In this document: piece by piece, positions 39,403 to 49,684 of the stretch
Numbering within the stretch: position 1 is the first letter of the stretch
Layout of the letters: every line of letters starts with the position of its first letter
Virus record (IMG/VR): IMGVR_UViG_3300029305_004466
Length of the DNA: 64,000 nt
Direction: 5' to 3' (one strand)
Source of the DNA: a virus
Lineage: Duplodnaviria > Caudoviricetes
Notes under the pieces: generated by a model
Database searches by the model: none
What the model was told of the DNA's origin: nothing
What the model saw: the letters and a program-made list of their open reading frames with translations, nothing else
Position numbers and translations under genes: made by a program

Positions 39403-41429
39403 TTATAATATACATAGAAATTATATGTTGCATTATAATATCCATTGGTTGTGTATGTCCAATTTATTTGTGTTCCAAAAGCATAGTTTGAATTATTATA
39501 TAACATCTTATTTATTGAATTACTAGCAGAATTTTTTGGAACAAAAATATTTTTTTTGACTGAATTGTTCATACCAGCAAAAGCGTTATTTAAAAATCTA
39601 GGTGCATTAATATTTGTTGTATATAAACTAATATCTGTTATATTTGTACAGTTACGAAAAGTATTTTGCAAATCAGAAACATTTTTAGGTACAATAATAT
39701 GTTGATGCAAGATTGTGCATCTATTAAAGCAGCTTCCCATATCAATAACACTATCAGGTATAACAACAGGTTGGTCAAAATTTGTGCAACCATTAAAGAG
39801 ACTATCTATAAATGTAACTCCATTAGGTATAGCGACAGGTTGATTGAAATTTGCACATGTTGAAAAAGTATAGCCCATATTTGTTACACTATTAGGTATA
39901 TTTATAGGATAGTTAAAACTTGTTCCTGAAAATGTAGCAAACATATCAGTTACGCTATTTGGTATTTCTATCGGTTGATTGAAATTTCTACAACTTTCAA
40001 AAAGAGAACCGATATTTGTAGCTCCATCAGGTATAGTTATAGGCTGATTGAAAGGAGTACTTGAAAAGAGCCCCTTCATATTTGTTACACTATTAGGTAT
40101 ATTTATAGGATAGTTAAAACTTGTTTCTCTAAAAAGCTGGAATACACTTGTTACTCCATTAGGTATAGTAACGGGTTGATTAAATTTTGTACTTTTTGTA
40201 AATACTGATTCTAAAGCTGTCACGCCCTCAGGAAATGTTATGAACTGATTGAAGCTTTTACAATTGTAAAAAGTGTTACTCATAGTAAACGGATGAGACA
40301 CTGCTGTAGGCATGTTTACTGGCTGATTGAAATTTACACAGTTATTAAAAGTGTTATCCATTGTGATAATTGTATCAGGTATAGTAACTGGTTGATTGAA
40401 ATTTATACAATTATGAAAAGTGTTATCCATTCGTGCAACATTATTAGATATAGTTATTGGCTGATTTAACAATTTACAGTTCCAAGCCATATAACTAATA
40501 TCAGTGATTTCATCAGGGATAGTTAATGACTGGTTAAAAACATTACAGTTTGCAAAAATATAACGTAAAGAATTATTATATGCCTTGAAAGCAAATAAAT
40601 TTACAGGTCGGTTAAAGTTAACAGGGAAAAAGTTAGCATCAAATCTGTAACTTATATTTTTATTATTAACAGTTGAAGGTAAATTTTCACAATTAATTAT
40701 CGTTGTTGTTGTTTTATAGATAACATATTCATTATTATAAGTATAAGCATCATACGTATTACCTACAAGAGAAATATAATTTGGATGGTTATACATTCGT
40801 TTACATGTTATATTATATGCCTTAGTGTTTGGAAAACATCTAAGATTGACGTTAGTATAACCGTTAACAGTGCCTAACCAACCAATTCTATTAATAGTAA
40901 TAGACTTTGTTAAATTGGTACATCCATTAAAAGCATTACTTAGATTAGTTACATTTTCATGAACACTAACTATTTGATTAAAACTAGTACAATTATCACA
41001 TAAGCCAGCTATATTGGTTACACCATTTGGAATAGTAATAGGTTGATTAAAGGATGCACATCTTGTAAATGCTCCTGCCATATCAGTTACACTATTTGGT
41101 ATATTTATCGGCTGATTGAAACTTGTACAATCACAAAAAGCAGCACCCATATTAGTTATATTTTCAGATAATGTAATAGGTTGGTTTAAATTTGTACAAC
41201 GCCGGAATGTATTTGATATTGACGTTACGCTATTTGGCATTTCTATCGGTTGATTGAAATTTGTACAGCCATAAAAAGTGTAATCCATCTGTGTAACCCC
41301 ATCAGGAATAGTAACAGGATGGTTAAAATTTGTACAACCATTGTATAAATTGCTCATATTATTATTATAAAATTGTACGCCATTTTCAAATGTAGCCGCA
41401 GTCATTGTTGCATGTGTAAAAAATCCCAT
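39393..41429 (-). CDS. BspA/DUF285-like leucine-rich repeat protein
   Basis: About 20 copies of a 22-23 aa CxxFNQPITIPxxVTxMxxxFxx repeat in two blocks. Confidence 0.85.
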   Translation of the reverse strand: MGFFTHATMTAATFENGVQFYNNNMSNLYNGCTNFNHPVTIPDGVTQMDYTFYGCTNFNQPIEMPNSVTSISNTFRRCTNLNQPITLSENITNMGAAFCDCTSFNQPINIPNSVTDMAGAFTRCASFNQPITIPNGVTNIAGLCDNCTSFNQIVSVHENVTNLSNAFNGCTNLTKSITINRIGWLGTVNGYTNVNLRCFPNTKAYNITCKRMYNHPNYISLVGNTYDAYTYNNEYVIYKTTTTIINCENLPSTVNNKNISYRFDANFFPVNFNRPVNLFAFKAYNNSLRYIFANCNVFNQSLTIPDEITDISYMAWNCKLLNQPITISNNVARMDNTFHNCINFNQPVTIPDTIITMDNTFNNCVNFNQPVNMPTAVSHPFTMSNTFYNCKSFNQFITFPEGVTALESVFTKSTKFNQPVTIPNGVTSVFQLFRETSFNYPINIPNSVTNMKGLFSSTPFNQPITIPDGATNIGSLFESCRNFNQPIEIPNSVTDMFATFSGTSFNYPINIPNSVTNMGYTFSTCANFNQPVAIPNGVTFIDSLFNGCTNFDQPVVIPDSVIDMGSCFNRCTILHQHIIVPKNVSDLQNTFRNCTNITDISLYTTNINAPRFLNNAFAGMNNSVKKNIFVPKNSASNSINKMLYNNSNYAFGTQINWTYTTNGYYNATYNFYVYYNLQ
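39876..40125. repeat. 49-bp perfect direct repeat within the LRR gene
   Basis: 39876-39924 identical to 40077-40125. Confidence 0.85.
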
Positions 41430-41445
41430 TGTATTTTACCTCCTT

Positions 41446-41808
41446 TTATACTTCTTCTACATTAATTACTGTAGGGTAGTTTCCTAATGTAGCTGGAATT
41501 ACTACATCATAATTACCATTATTAGCATACCAAGTTGAGTAATTTACTGATGTTACTTCGACAGTTTTATTTTCTTCATCTACCGCATATGTGTAATATT
41601 GAAGATTGGAATCAGTTTCATCAAAAGTTACAGGTTCGGTTATTCCACCAGAAGTACCGCCTTCAGAATCACCATTATTACCACCAGAAGTACCACCCTC
41701 AGAATCGTCATTGCTGCCATCATCTGTTTCAACTTCAAAAAGACATATCTGTTGAAAATACGTATTGCTTTTTATTTTATCTATTAGTTGTTCTTTGAGA
41801 GTTGCCAT
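41446..41808 (-). CDS. Small protein with BspA-type LRR cap motif and duplicated DSEGGTSGG linker
   Basis: ATG 41808 after AAGGAGG; YTYAVDEENKTVEVT...DVVIPATLGNYPT. Confidence 0.65.
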   Translation of the reverse strand: MATLKEQLIDKIKSNTYFQQICLFEVETDDGSNDDSEGGTSGGNNGDSEGGTSGGITEPVTFDETDSNLQYYTYAVDEENKTVEVTSVNYSTWYANNGNYDVVIPATLGNYPTVINVEEV

Positions 41809-41872
41809 TAGAATTACCTCCTTAGTTTTGTTTATAATATTTAATATACCGTTAAAAATAATAAATGGTATG

Positions 41873-42691
41873 TTACAATACGACAATATTATCTACTTCT
41901 GTACTTAATGCAAATCTTTCAAACCATCTACATGATTGATTTACATATAAAGCTTTTTGATTATTAATCCAGTATTCAAGATTCTGGATATTTAAAATAT
42001 TTTCAGAAGTATTCATTATAACTTGCGTTAATTTGTCTACAAGAATATCTTCGCCAACTTCAAGTGTATTAATATAGTCAGCTAGGTTACTTTGTACTTC
42101 GTATTTAATAGTCTGAGCATCTGCATCAGATATATTATCTTTTAAGTACAGTTTATATTTAAACTTAACGTATGTAAGTGTAGGTGTTACAACTTTGAAT
42201 TTGATACCATACCCTACTGTTTCGCTTATTTTATTTGTTACAGCGTCATTAACAGTATCAGCATCGTATCCAGTTTCTATAATAACAATAACAGTGAAAG
42301 TGCCTGTACCCATTGCATAAGGCTTAAGTTTAACATCATATACACCTTCTGTTGTTAAGGCTGCTAATCTAACAGCGGTTTCATTGGAAGATGCTAATAT
42401 TAAACATTGTTGTGAAATTCTATATCTGTAATCGTCATCTGTTTCGCCACTGGTTCTTTTACATTGAAGTAATCCGCCAATAGCATCAAGAGCATTACCA
42501 TCTGATGTTGACAAAAATGCTCTTAAATGATTTACAGTTAAAACTGTGTAGAATGTTGATAAGTTTTTATTTATGATGCTAAGGAACAATCTTGCTATAG
42601 TTCCCGGACTATCACTAAACCCTATATTGGTTAATTCTTTTAATGATTCTGTTTGTAGTTCATCAAAAGTTTTTGTATTAAGAACTATCAT
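41873..42691 (-). CDS. Baseplate J/gp47-like protein
   Basis: GNALDAIGGLLQCKRTSGETDDDYRYRI; GTGTFTV. Confidence 0.8.
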   Translation of the reverse strand: MIVLNTKTFDELQTESLKELTNIGFSDSPGTIARLFLSIINKNLSTFYTVLTVNHLRAFLSTSDGNALDAIGGLLQCKRTSGETDDDYRYRISQQCLILASSNETAVRLAALTTEGVYDVKLKPYAMGTGTFTVIVIIETGYDADTVNDAVTNKISETVGYGIKFKVVTPTLTYVKFKYKLYLKDNISDADAQTIKYEVQSNLADYINTLEVGEDILVDKLTQVIMNTSENILNIQNLEYWINNQKALYVNQSCRWFERFALSTEVDNIVVL

Positions 42692-42703
42692 ATTATTTCT
42701 CCT

Positions 42704-43123
42704 TTACCATCCAAATTTTACTTTTACGCCTTTGATTAAATCAAGTTCTATCGTAAGTTCTACAGCTTTTTCGCCAAACTCATCATTGGTGTATGTTTTT
42801 AAATAAACTGAATATATTAAATGAGTAGAATTTCTTATATTAGCTGTTACTAATATATCATCTTGATTCCATAAATTATCATAAGTTAATACATTAGTAA
42901 TTCTATTTTTACCAGCTTCTATTACACTTTCTTTTATAGCACTGCCAACTAACCCTTCTAAGTCTGCTCCTACATGGTCATAAAACCAGCCATTGGCAAC
43001 AGATTTGATTCTGGTATAGGCTAATTGTATTTTCAACTCATCATCAGTAACTTTATTTATTTCATGTTGCTGATTAACAACAAGCTCACCTGATTCGTCT
43101 ATATTAAAATCAAATCCTGCCAT
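42704..43123 (-). CDS. gp25/gp46-like baseplate wedge protein
   Basis: WFYDHVGADLEGLVG; size; position between spike and J. Confidence 0.6.
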   Translation of the reverse strand: MAGFDFNIDESGELVVNQQHEINKVTDDELKIQLAYTRIKSVANGWFYDHVGADLEGLVGSAIKESVIEAGKNRITNVLTYDNLWNQDDILVTANIRNSTHLIYSVYLKTYTNDEFGEKAVELTIELDLIKGVKVKFGW

Positions 43124-43124
43124 A

Positions 43125-43814
43125 TTAGTTACCTACTACTTTCCCATTTATTTTGAATGTACCATACAGTTCTATACTTTTGGAATTAGGAGATATACGA
43201 ATACCAGTATTATTATCTACGAATATATCTATATCTCCGTTGTCTTTGAATTTGACTGTTGAATTATTTTTTATATTTGTAATACCATCTTCTGAGGCTT
43301 TATATTTATCTATTTCCATTAACATTTTTCTAACTGTTAACATAGCATCAGTATTTACATAATCACCAATAGGTGTTGAGTATTTATCCATTATAGAGTC
43401 ATTAAAATAATCATTTACCATAGGAGTAATTTGAATAGATTCAATATCCAAATCATTTATATTACTATCTATAATATACGCTCCTTGGTCAGAATTTGTC
43501 TTTTTGGAATATACATTATTGTAATATAAGTCGTCATATAAGTTTGTAATGATTGGACATAGTACACTATTAGTGATAAAACTAATCCAACACTTTTGAC
43601 CAACTACAGGAGTGGCTTGCGTTAAGCCACCCCAGTTAGTCTTGAAAGTTACATTATCTGCTGTCATTATTTCGCCATTGTTAGGATTAGCAAATTTAAC
43701 AGAGGCTGTATTTTTAACATTATCGTAATAAGTAATTTCTCCTACTGTATCGCCATAATGTATATTGTTATTGTTTTCAATGATTTGTTGAAGTCTATCT
43801 CTAATAACGCCCAT
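43125..43814 (-). CDS. Baseplate spike (gp5/gpV-like OB fold) candidate
   Basis: VGEITYYD...TASV...PVVGQKCWISF...P; beta-repeat C-terminus; ATG 43814 after GAGGAG. Confidence 0.6.
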   Translation of the reverse strand: MGVIRDRLQQIIENNNNIHYGDTVGEITYYDNVKNTASVKFANPNNGEIMTADNVTFKTNWGGLTQATPVVGQKCWISFITNSVLCPIITNLYDDLYYNNVYSKKTNSDQGAYIIDSNINDLDIESIQITPMVNDYFNDSIMDKYSTPIGDYVNTDAMLTVRKMLMEIDKYKASEDGITNIKNNSTVKFKDNGDIDIFVDNNTGIRISPNSKSIELYGTFKINGKVVGN

Positions 43815-43818
43815 TGTT

Positions 43819-46800
43819 TTACTCCTCATATACAGTCTTTTCGTCTTCATCAACAGTTTGTGAATCTGCAATTGTATCAGGTGAAACATTGCTTGAACCA
43901 GTTAATAATAATTTTTCTCCTGATAAAATAGGAGCGTAAGGTATTCCTTTGTGTCTCATAGGAAGTAATACTACCATGTTATTGTAACTAAGGAAATCTA
44001 TAATCTTAGTGAGTAATATATCTGCTATTGTACCTACAACAAAACCAACTATAGCAGCGGCTGCGACACCAATTGGTCCACCAACTGCACCTGCTACACC
44101 ACCAGCTTTTGCACCTAATAGTTTAAGACTTTTAAAACCTCGTTTTCCGAGTGAAATTGAATGCTTAACAATTGATTTACCAATTTTTGATATACTATTG
44201 GTTTTGCTTATTGTTTTTTTAATTCCGCTAAAACTCTTTACTGCATATTTAAGATTTTTAAATTCTTTTCCTAAATCTGCCCATTTGATAGCTTTTATAC
44301 CTCCAATAATTTCTTCACTTTTATCAAAGATTTGATACAGCTTTTTACCTGCTGTTCCAACAAGAAGCAATGTATCTATATTTCGTATACTTGTCATTAA
44401 GAATAATGACCAACTAAAAGTATTAAGATAATTAGCAAGTAATTCTACATTATCTTTTATTACTTTTTTAACAGAAGCACGGTAAGCAAAAGCCTCACAT
44501 AACGAAGTCATATTAGCTAAATTGACATTAGCGTTTGAAGCCGCTTCTGTATTAAGTGCTATCATACCCGGAACAACAGTTGTTACAAAACCAGTTCTTG
44601 CACTCAAGGTATGCGTAACAGTTCTTGCGACACATAAGCCAGTAAGTTCATTATATCTATCATTTACATACATATAATCGTCTGGTTCTATACCTGCATC
44701 ACCAAGAAGCATTAAATCGCCCTGATATGCCTTTTGCCAGTTCCACAATAACTGAGTTACACCTACACGGATAGCCGCTTGCTTACCTACATCAAAGCCA
44801 CCGAGCTCCCATAATATATCAGGACCTATCCAGTTTTGTACTATTGAAGAGTCGAATATCTTAGTACTTTGTAATGAGTTACTAACGGTTTTGTCTGAAT
44901 ATATGGTAGGTGATGCTTTTACTGTTTTACCAAGAGTATACATTACAATATTATTTGTGTATACATCTCTTGAAGAAGTTACCATTTGGTTATCTATAAT
45001 TTCTGTTAAACTATCTATGAAGTGACATTGAGCAAATGCTTTAGCTTCTTCATAGATTTCACCATTTATCATATTATATCTGTACTTTGCAAGATACCAC
45101 GGTAAGCCGAAGAATAATCTTGATTCGAATTGATGGTACATTGGCATACCGAGGAATTCTGGGGCATTCATTACAGCCATCTGAATTGCATCCCATGGTG
45201 TCTTATTGTATTTATTAAATACCATGTTCTTTTCGCCATCAAACGTTGGAGCTGCTGGATTATACATTGCTAATGAACCTCTGTAGACTTCTTGACCAAT
45301 TAATCCCCAGTTAGTTCCTGCTCTGTAAATATTTTTATTTAAATCGTATTGTACTTCGTTCCAAGATTTAATTAATCCATCACCGAGTTTTTTACCGCCT
45401 GCTACTATAACTTCTCCAGCAGTAGTGACAAAATTTACAACTCCGTCAACAATTGTTGCTCCGAGCACTACGACTTCTTTTGTTATTGGTATACCATTTT
45501 CTGTATATGTTGTTTCAATAGTTGAACCTTGCACTACACCTGCTAAGTTTGAACTCCAACCACCAAAGAATTCTATTTTTTCACTAAAGTATAAACCAAA
45601 GTGTTCGATACCAAATTTATTTGGCTCACCCCAGTTTTTGCTTACTTTAGCCAGCCATGATTGTCTTGCACTTAATATATCCATACATAAGTTAGAAGAC
45701 TCTTTGTTGGTTGAATCTTTTGGACTATCAGAAGTAATAGAATTGACAAGTTCTACACCATCAGATACACATACAAACTGTACGATGTCACCTAATTGTA
45801 AATCGCTTATATAACCATTCATTACAATTGGGAGTCCCAATGGGTCAGAGCCATAGCCCATACGTAAATGCATACGGCATCCTGCTCTTACAACCATTGA
45901 ATCATAAATGATATTCTTTTGTTCTATTAAAGTTTTAGTAAGCTTTGGACCAATACCCGGAAGCATACCGAACTGGTTATACAATAAAAGTTGGAATTTA
46001 CTATAGCCGTCATCTGTTGATGTAACCAAATTGCCATTATTGTCCATAGTCGGACTGTAATAAAAAGAATTTGGTGGTAATGTATCGAGATTACCATAAG
46101 AATTAGTAACAGTAATAGTGGCTGTGTTTACAGGAGAATCATTATTACTTACTACTTGTATATCAACAAGTGAACGTAACATATAATAATTTGCCCATAA
46201 TTTTTTACCATTTAACCAGTTACCGTCTTCGTCAACAATACTGAAAAGATAAGTAGGGAATGCTTTTATTAAGCGTCCTTTACCGGAGAACTCACATTGG
46301 TTAACAAATGAGCTCATCAATCTTTGAGTATTTGTATTATAGTTATTCCTATATCTTTCTTCTTGATTTTGTAACCCTTTACCTTCTAATATGCCACTTA
46401 CAATTCCGCCATCTTCATCCATTTCTGATGTCTTTATTATTACTGGCTTACCGAATCTTTTAATTTTATCGCTAGTTAATTCTGTAACTCCTGTGCTAGT
46501 TGTTTTAATAACTTCTGTAACAGGTTCTGTTATTGAATTAACGTTATTATTGTCATCTACAAGAATATATTTTTTATCTAAAGATTTAGCAAACTTTTCT
46601 CCCCAGAATATAAAGTCACCTATTGTACCAGCTTCATCGTACACTTTGTCACAAACTGTTCTATCTGAAAAAGGAGAATTTGGACCCATGTAAAATCTCA
46701 ATTGTTTTTCGTATGCTTTTTTGCCATTGCAAAACACATCTTTAACCATTATATGTGCAGAACTATTTGTAGATAATAATTCTTTGCTTGCTCCATTAAA

Positions 46801-49635
46801 AATAACGTTAGCTAAAACTTGATTAATTGTGCCGTATTTCTTAGATGTAAACATGTCGTATATTAACTGAGCTAAAGCTAATTGTATTCTTTGAGAAGTA
46901 GTAGAATTACCCATTTGAATATTAGCTACAACTCTAGCAATAGAGTCTATTTCTGAATTTGTAATGTAAAGATTATCGGAACCATTGATAGTACTAATCT
47001 CGCAAGAAGATGCGGCAACTTTTGTTTCAGGAATAGTTACTTGTTGTTTTATTGGTGCTACATATTCTTTTAATTTTGGAACCTCTAATACTCTTCTATA
47101 TTTGGAATATTTTGCAGATGGGACTGATTCCATACATACTCCATAGGCTTTGCCTTTGGCATGTATAATTTTGTTATCACCTATATATATTGCAATATGC
47201 CCAAAATCTGTTCCTTTTTCATAATTATAAACATGCAATAAATCACCCGGGCTGGCGTGTGCTATTAATTCATCTATCTTCGTAGGGTCGTTAACTGCAT
47301 GTTTTACTCTAAATTTACCTTTTGTAATTAGTGTACCTATTTCCGAAGTTGTCATAGCGTTTCTTTCTTCAAGAGTTAGTACAGTTAATTCATATAATAA
47401 TTGTGCAACTAATCCAGAGCAATCGTATGACCCTTTAGGAAAATCTTTTGATGTTTGTCCATGTCTATAATCCATGCTATAACCTTTTCCTACAGCATTA
47501 AATGCTTTTGCTATAAATTGCTCGCTGAGAGTTTTTACACCTTCGGTTGTTGTCTGTTCATCATAAGCCATTGATTCTACTTCATTACCAATATCAGCTA
47601 TTGTAGTAGTTATCACTGTTGATTGTGGGTCTTTACGATAATGCAAATACTTTTCTTCAATACGGTCTTCTTCTGTTTCTTTCATCATCTTTACTATTGT
47701 TTCAGGATAAAATACATAAAAGTCTGGGTCAACATAACCTTCGTAGATATTATTCTCTAAAATGTCTGCTACGTTAGTTACAAAGCCATTAACATCTACC
47801 TGAAGGTTTGATATAGTTGTTATTCCACGCAACATATGTTGTGGCGTTCTAGGATACTTATCTATTGGATACTCTTCTAATAGAGAACCGTCTTTATAAT
47901 AATGTGTTTGTCTGAATCGTTTTATCTTTTTAATTACTTCATCTACTTCTTTATAGGTAGGAAGTTTTAAATCTGGATAAAGTTCAGTGCTTCTTCTAAT
48001 TTTGTCTTCAACGATAAGGTCTTGTTTTATCTTTTCCTGTAAACCTTTAGGTGATTGAGTAATGGCATTTTTTTCTGTACCTTTAGTACCATTAATATCA
48101 TTGCTTGTAGCTTCAAATGGGTTTACACCAAATATACCTTCACGCTCTTTTTGGTATATATCAAAAGAAATACAGTTTATTTGGCACACAAACAGGTCAG
48201 GAAAATCTGGCACTGTATGTGTTGTGACATTATCAATAACAACAAATTTAGAACCGAATAATTCAGTAAGTTCGGAATCTATTTTAATAAAGCCTAAACT
48301 AGAGCAATCTCTATTGTTCTTTATTAACATATTATTTTGTATACTACACTGCTCTAAAGCATGAATTACACCTTCATCTGTTGTTTCAAGTGTAATATTA
48401 AACATGGTATCCATGCCGCCCATATATTGAACAGTTGGATGCAAATGTTCTGCCATTTGTATATTCGTAATCATGTTAGAATATCCACACTGAAATGAAG
48501 TAATAATTACATTGTCTTCTTCACTATCTAATTGTACGATAAAATTACTTGGATGTTCTTCAGACGGATTTGTTACATGCCACTTCCCGTTTTCGTCTGT
48601 ATATAAAACTTTTTTATCTTGAACTATATCATAGAAACTAAAATCTAATTTTTTTCCTGTGTATTTGTAATTATATTCATCTTTGCTATTTTTTACATAT
48701 TCCTCTTTCACTTGATAATCTATATCGTAATCAATGTCGTCTTGGAAAACGGCTTGATTTAAGATACTAATCTTAAATTTATTTAATGTTTTATCAACAG
48801 GAATAGACTGTAATTTTCCATATTCATGTGTTTCTGTTAATTGTCTTTGATAATAGAATCTAAATAAATCCCAGTCTATAAAATACTTAAACATTCTTGT
48901 ATGTGATTCAAGGTAAGGATATAAATCCACTTCCTGTAATGTAAGATTGGCAATTAACATATCAGGAAAGCCTTCTACTGTACTACAGATAATGGATTGT
49001 AAAGCTACAGTATGAATGTTATAAGTATTATTAATTGTAAAGTTTTCTATAGGAAGGAAAGGAGTACATTTGAATTGAGCCAGTAATTGTCTTAATCCGT
49101 CAACATAATAATATCCTTCTGGTCCTTCAACTCTATATCCGTTAATTTGGTTATAACTATGAAAAACTAATTCGATATTAATAGTTCTTTTGGAGTAACC
49201 AGCTTTTGTTTTCTGAGTATTTTCTTGTCTTAATGTCACCAATTCTTGACTAGTTGACTCGGACATAATAGATATAGCTTGCGGAGGAATAATAAAAGTA
49301 CAGTCACCTAATGTAAGATTGTACATTGTATTAAACATTCTATGTTCGTAATCTATGTAATTTTCCTTAATGATAGGGTCAACTCGTCTAGTTTTGCTAA
49401 CTTTAACGAATTCATCCATCATAGCGGAAGCAGCCTCTTCGTCAATTTTGAGGAAACCTTCTTCATCAAAATACAAATCATCTATAGCTTTTTGTTGTTC
49501 TTCGGCAGCTTGTTGATTTTTATTTGCCTCTGATTCTTCTATAGAGTCTTTAATTTTATTTCCTATCCAATCTCCTATTAATGCTCCGACATAACCAGCA
49601 GAGTCGTTATAATCATTTGGGTTTGGCGTTGGCAT
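43819..49635 (-). CDS. Baseplate hub / tail-associated lysin with NlpC/P60 peptidase (1938 aa)
   Basis: YDCSGLV...GHIAIYIGDNKIIHA; SleB-like segment; RMHLRMGYGS hub-type motif; hydrophobic C-terminus. Confidence 0.8.
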   Translation of the reverse strand: MPTPNPNDYNDSAGYVGALIGDWIGNKIKDSIEESEANKNQQAAEEQQKAIDDLYFDEEGFLKIDEEAASAMMDEFVKVSKTRRVDPIIKENYIDYEHRMFNTMYNLTLGDCTFIIPPQAISIMSESTSQELVTLRQENTQKTKAGYSKRTINIELVFHSYNQINGYRVEGPEGYYYVDGLRQLLAQFKCTPFLPIENFTINNTYNIHTVALQSIICSTVEGFPDMLIANLTLQEVDLYPYLESHTRMFKYFIDWDLFRFYYQRQLTETHEYGKLQSIPVDKTLNKFKISILNQAVFQDDIDYDIDYQVKEEYVKNSKDEYNYKYTGKKLDFSFYDIVQDKKVLYTDENGKWHVTNPSEEHPSNFIVQLDSEEDNVIITSFQCGYSNMITNIQMAEHLHPTVQYMGGMDTMFNITLETTDEGVIHALEQCSIQNNMLIKNNRDCSSLGFIKIDSELTELFGSKFVVIDNVTTHTVPDFPDLFVCQINCISFDIYQKEREGIFGVNPFEATSNDINGTKGTEKNAITQSPKGLQEKIKQDLIVEDKIRRSTELYPDLKLPTYKEVDEVIKKIKRFRQTHYYKDGSLLEEYPIDKYPRTPQHMLRGITTISNLQVDVNGFVTNVADILENNIYEGYVDPDFYVFYPETIVKMMKETEEDRIEEKYLHYRKDPQSTVITTTIADIGNEVESMAYDEQTTTEGVKTLSEQFIAKAFNAVGKGYSMDYRHGQTSKDFPKGSYDCSGLVAQLLYELTVLTLEERNAMTTSEIGTLITKGKFRVKHAVNDPTKIDELIAHASPGDLLHVYNYEKGTDFGHIAIYIGDNKIIHAKGKAYGVCMESVPSAKYSKYRRVLEVPKLKEYVAPIKQQVTIPETKVAASSCEISTINGSDNLYITNSEIDSIARVVANIQMGNSTTSQRIQLALAQLIYDMFTSKKYGTINQVLANVIFNGASKELLSTNSSAHIMVKDVFCNGKKAYEKQLRFYMGPNSPFSDRTVCDKVYDEAGTIGDFIFWGEKFAKSLDKKYILVDDNNNVNSITEPVTEVIKTTSTGVTELTSDKIKRFGKPVIIKTSEMDEDGGIVSGILEGKGLQNQEERYRNNYNTNTQRLMSSFVNQCEFSGKGRLIKAFPTYLFSIVDEDGNWLNGKKLWANYYMLRSLVDIQVVSNNDSPVNTATITVTNSYGNLDTLPPNSFYYSPTMDNNGNLVTSTDDGYSKFQLLLYNQFGMLPGIGPKLTKTLIEQKNIIYDSMVVRAGCRMHLRMGYGSDPLGLPIVMNGYISDLQLGDIVQFVCVSDGVELVNSITSDSPKDSTNKESSNLCMDILSARQSWLAKVSKNWGEPNKFGIEHFGLYFSEKIEFFGGWSSNLAGVVQGSTIETTYTENGIPITKEVVVLGATIVDGVVNFVTTAGEVIVAGGKKLGDGLIKSWNEVQYDLNKNIYRAGTNWGLIGQEVYRGSLAMYNPAAPTFDGEKNMVFNKYNKTPWDAIQMAVMNAPEFLGMPMYHQFESRLFFGLPWYLAKYRYNMINGEIYEEAKAFAQCHFIDSLTEIIDNQMVTSSRDVYTNNIVMYTLGKTVKASPTIYSDKTVSNSLQSTKIFDSSIVQNWIGPDILWELGGFDVGKQAAIRVGVTQLLWNWQKAYQGDLMLLGDAGIEPDDYMYVNDRYNELTGLCVARTVTHTLSARTGFVTTVVPGMIALNTEAASNANVNLANMTSLCEAFAYRASVKKVIKDNVELLANYLNTFSWSLFLMTSIRNIDTLLLVGTAGKKLYQIFDKSEEIIGGIKAIKWADLGKEFKNLKYAVKSFSGIKKTISKTNSISKIGKSIVKHSISLGKRGFKSLKLLGAKAGGVAGAVGGPIGVAAAAIVGFVVGTIADILLTKIIDFLSYNNMVVLLPMRHKGIPYAPILSGEKLLLTGSSNVSPDTIADSQTVDEDEKTVYEE

Positions 49636-49657
49636 TTTTACCCCTCCTTATAGTATT

Positions 49658-49679
49658 ACGGGGCTTGTTACAGCCCCGT
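49658..49679. other. Intergenic GC-rich hairpin
   Basis: ACGGGGCT-TGTTAC-AGCCCCGT; T-run only on the + strand side. Confidence 0.55.
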
Positions 49680-49684
49680 TTTAC

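Noticed and set aside
39393-41429. LRR gene as a diversity-generating retroelement target
   Set aside because: No reverse transcriptase or adenine-specific TR/VR pair seen in the window; repeats fit intragenic duplication
3180-41840. ATATTATAA in three - strand intergenic regions (3180, 25919, 41832) as a late promoter motif
   Set aside because: Too low-complexity in an AT-rich genome to support without statistics
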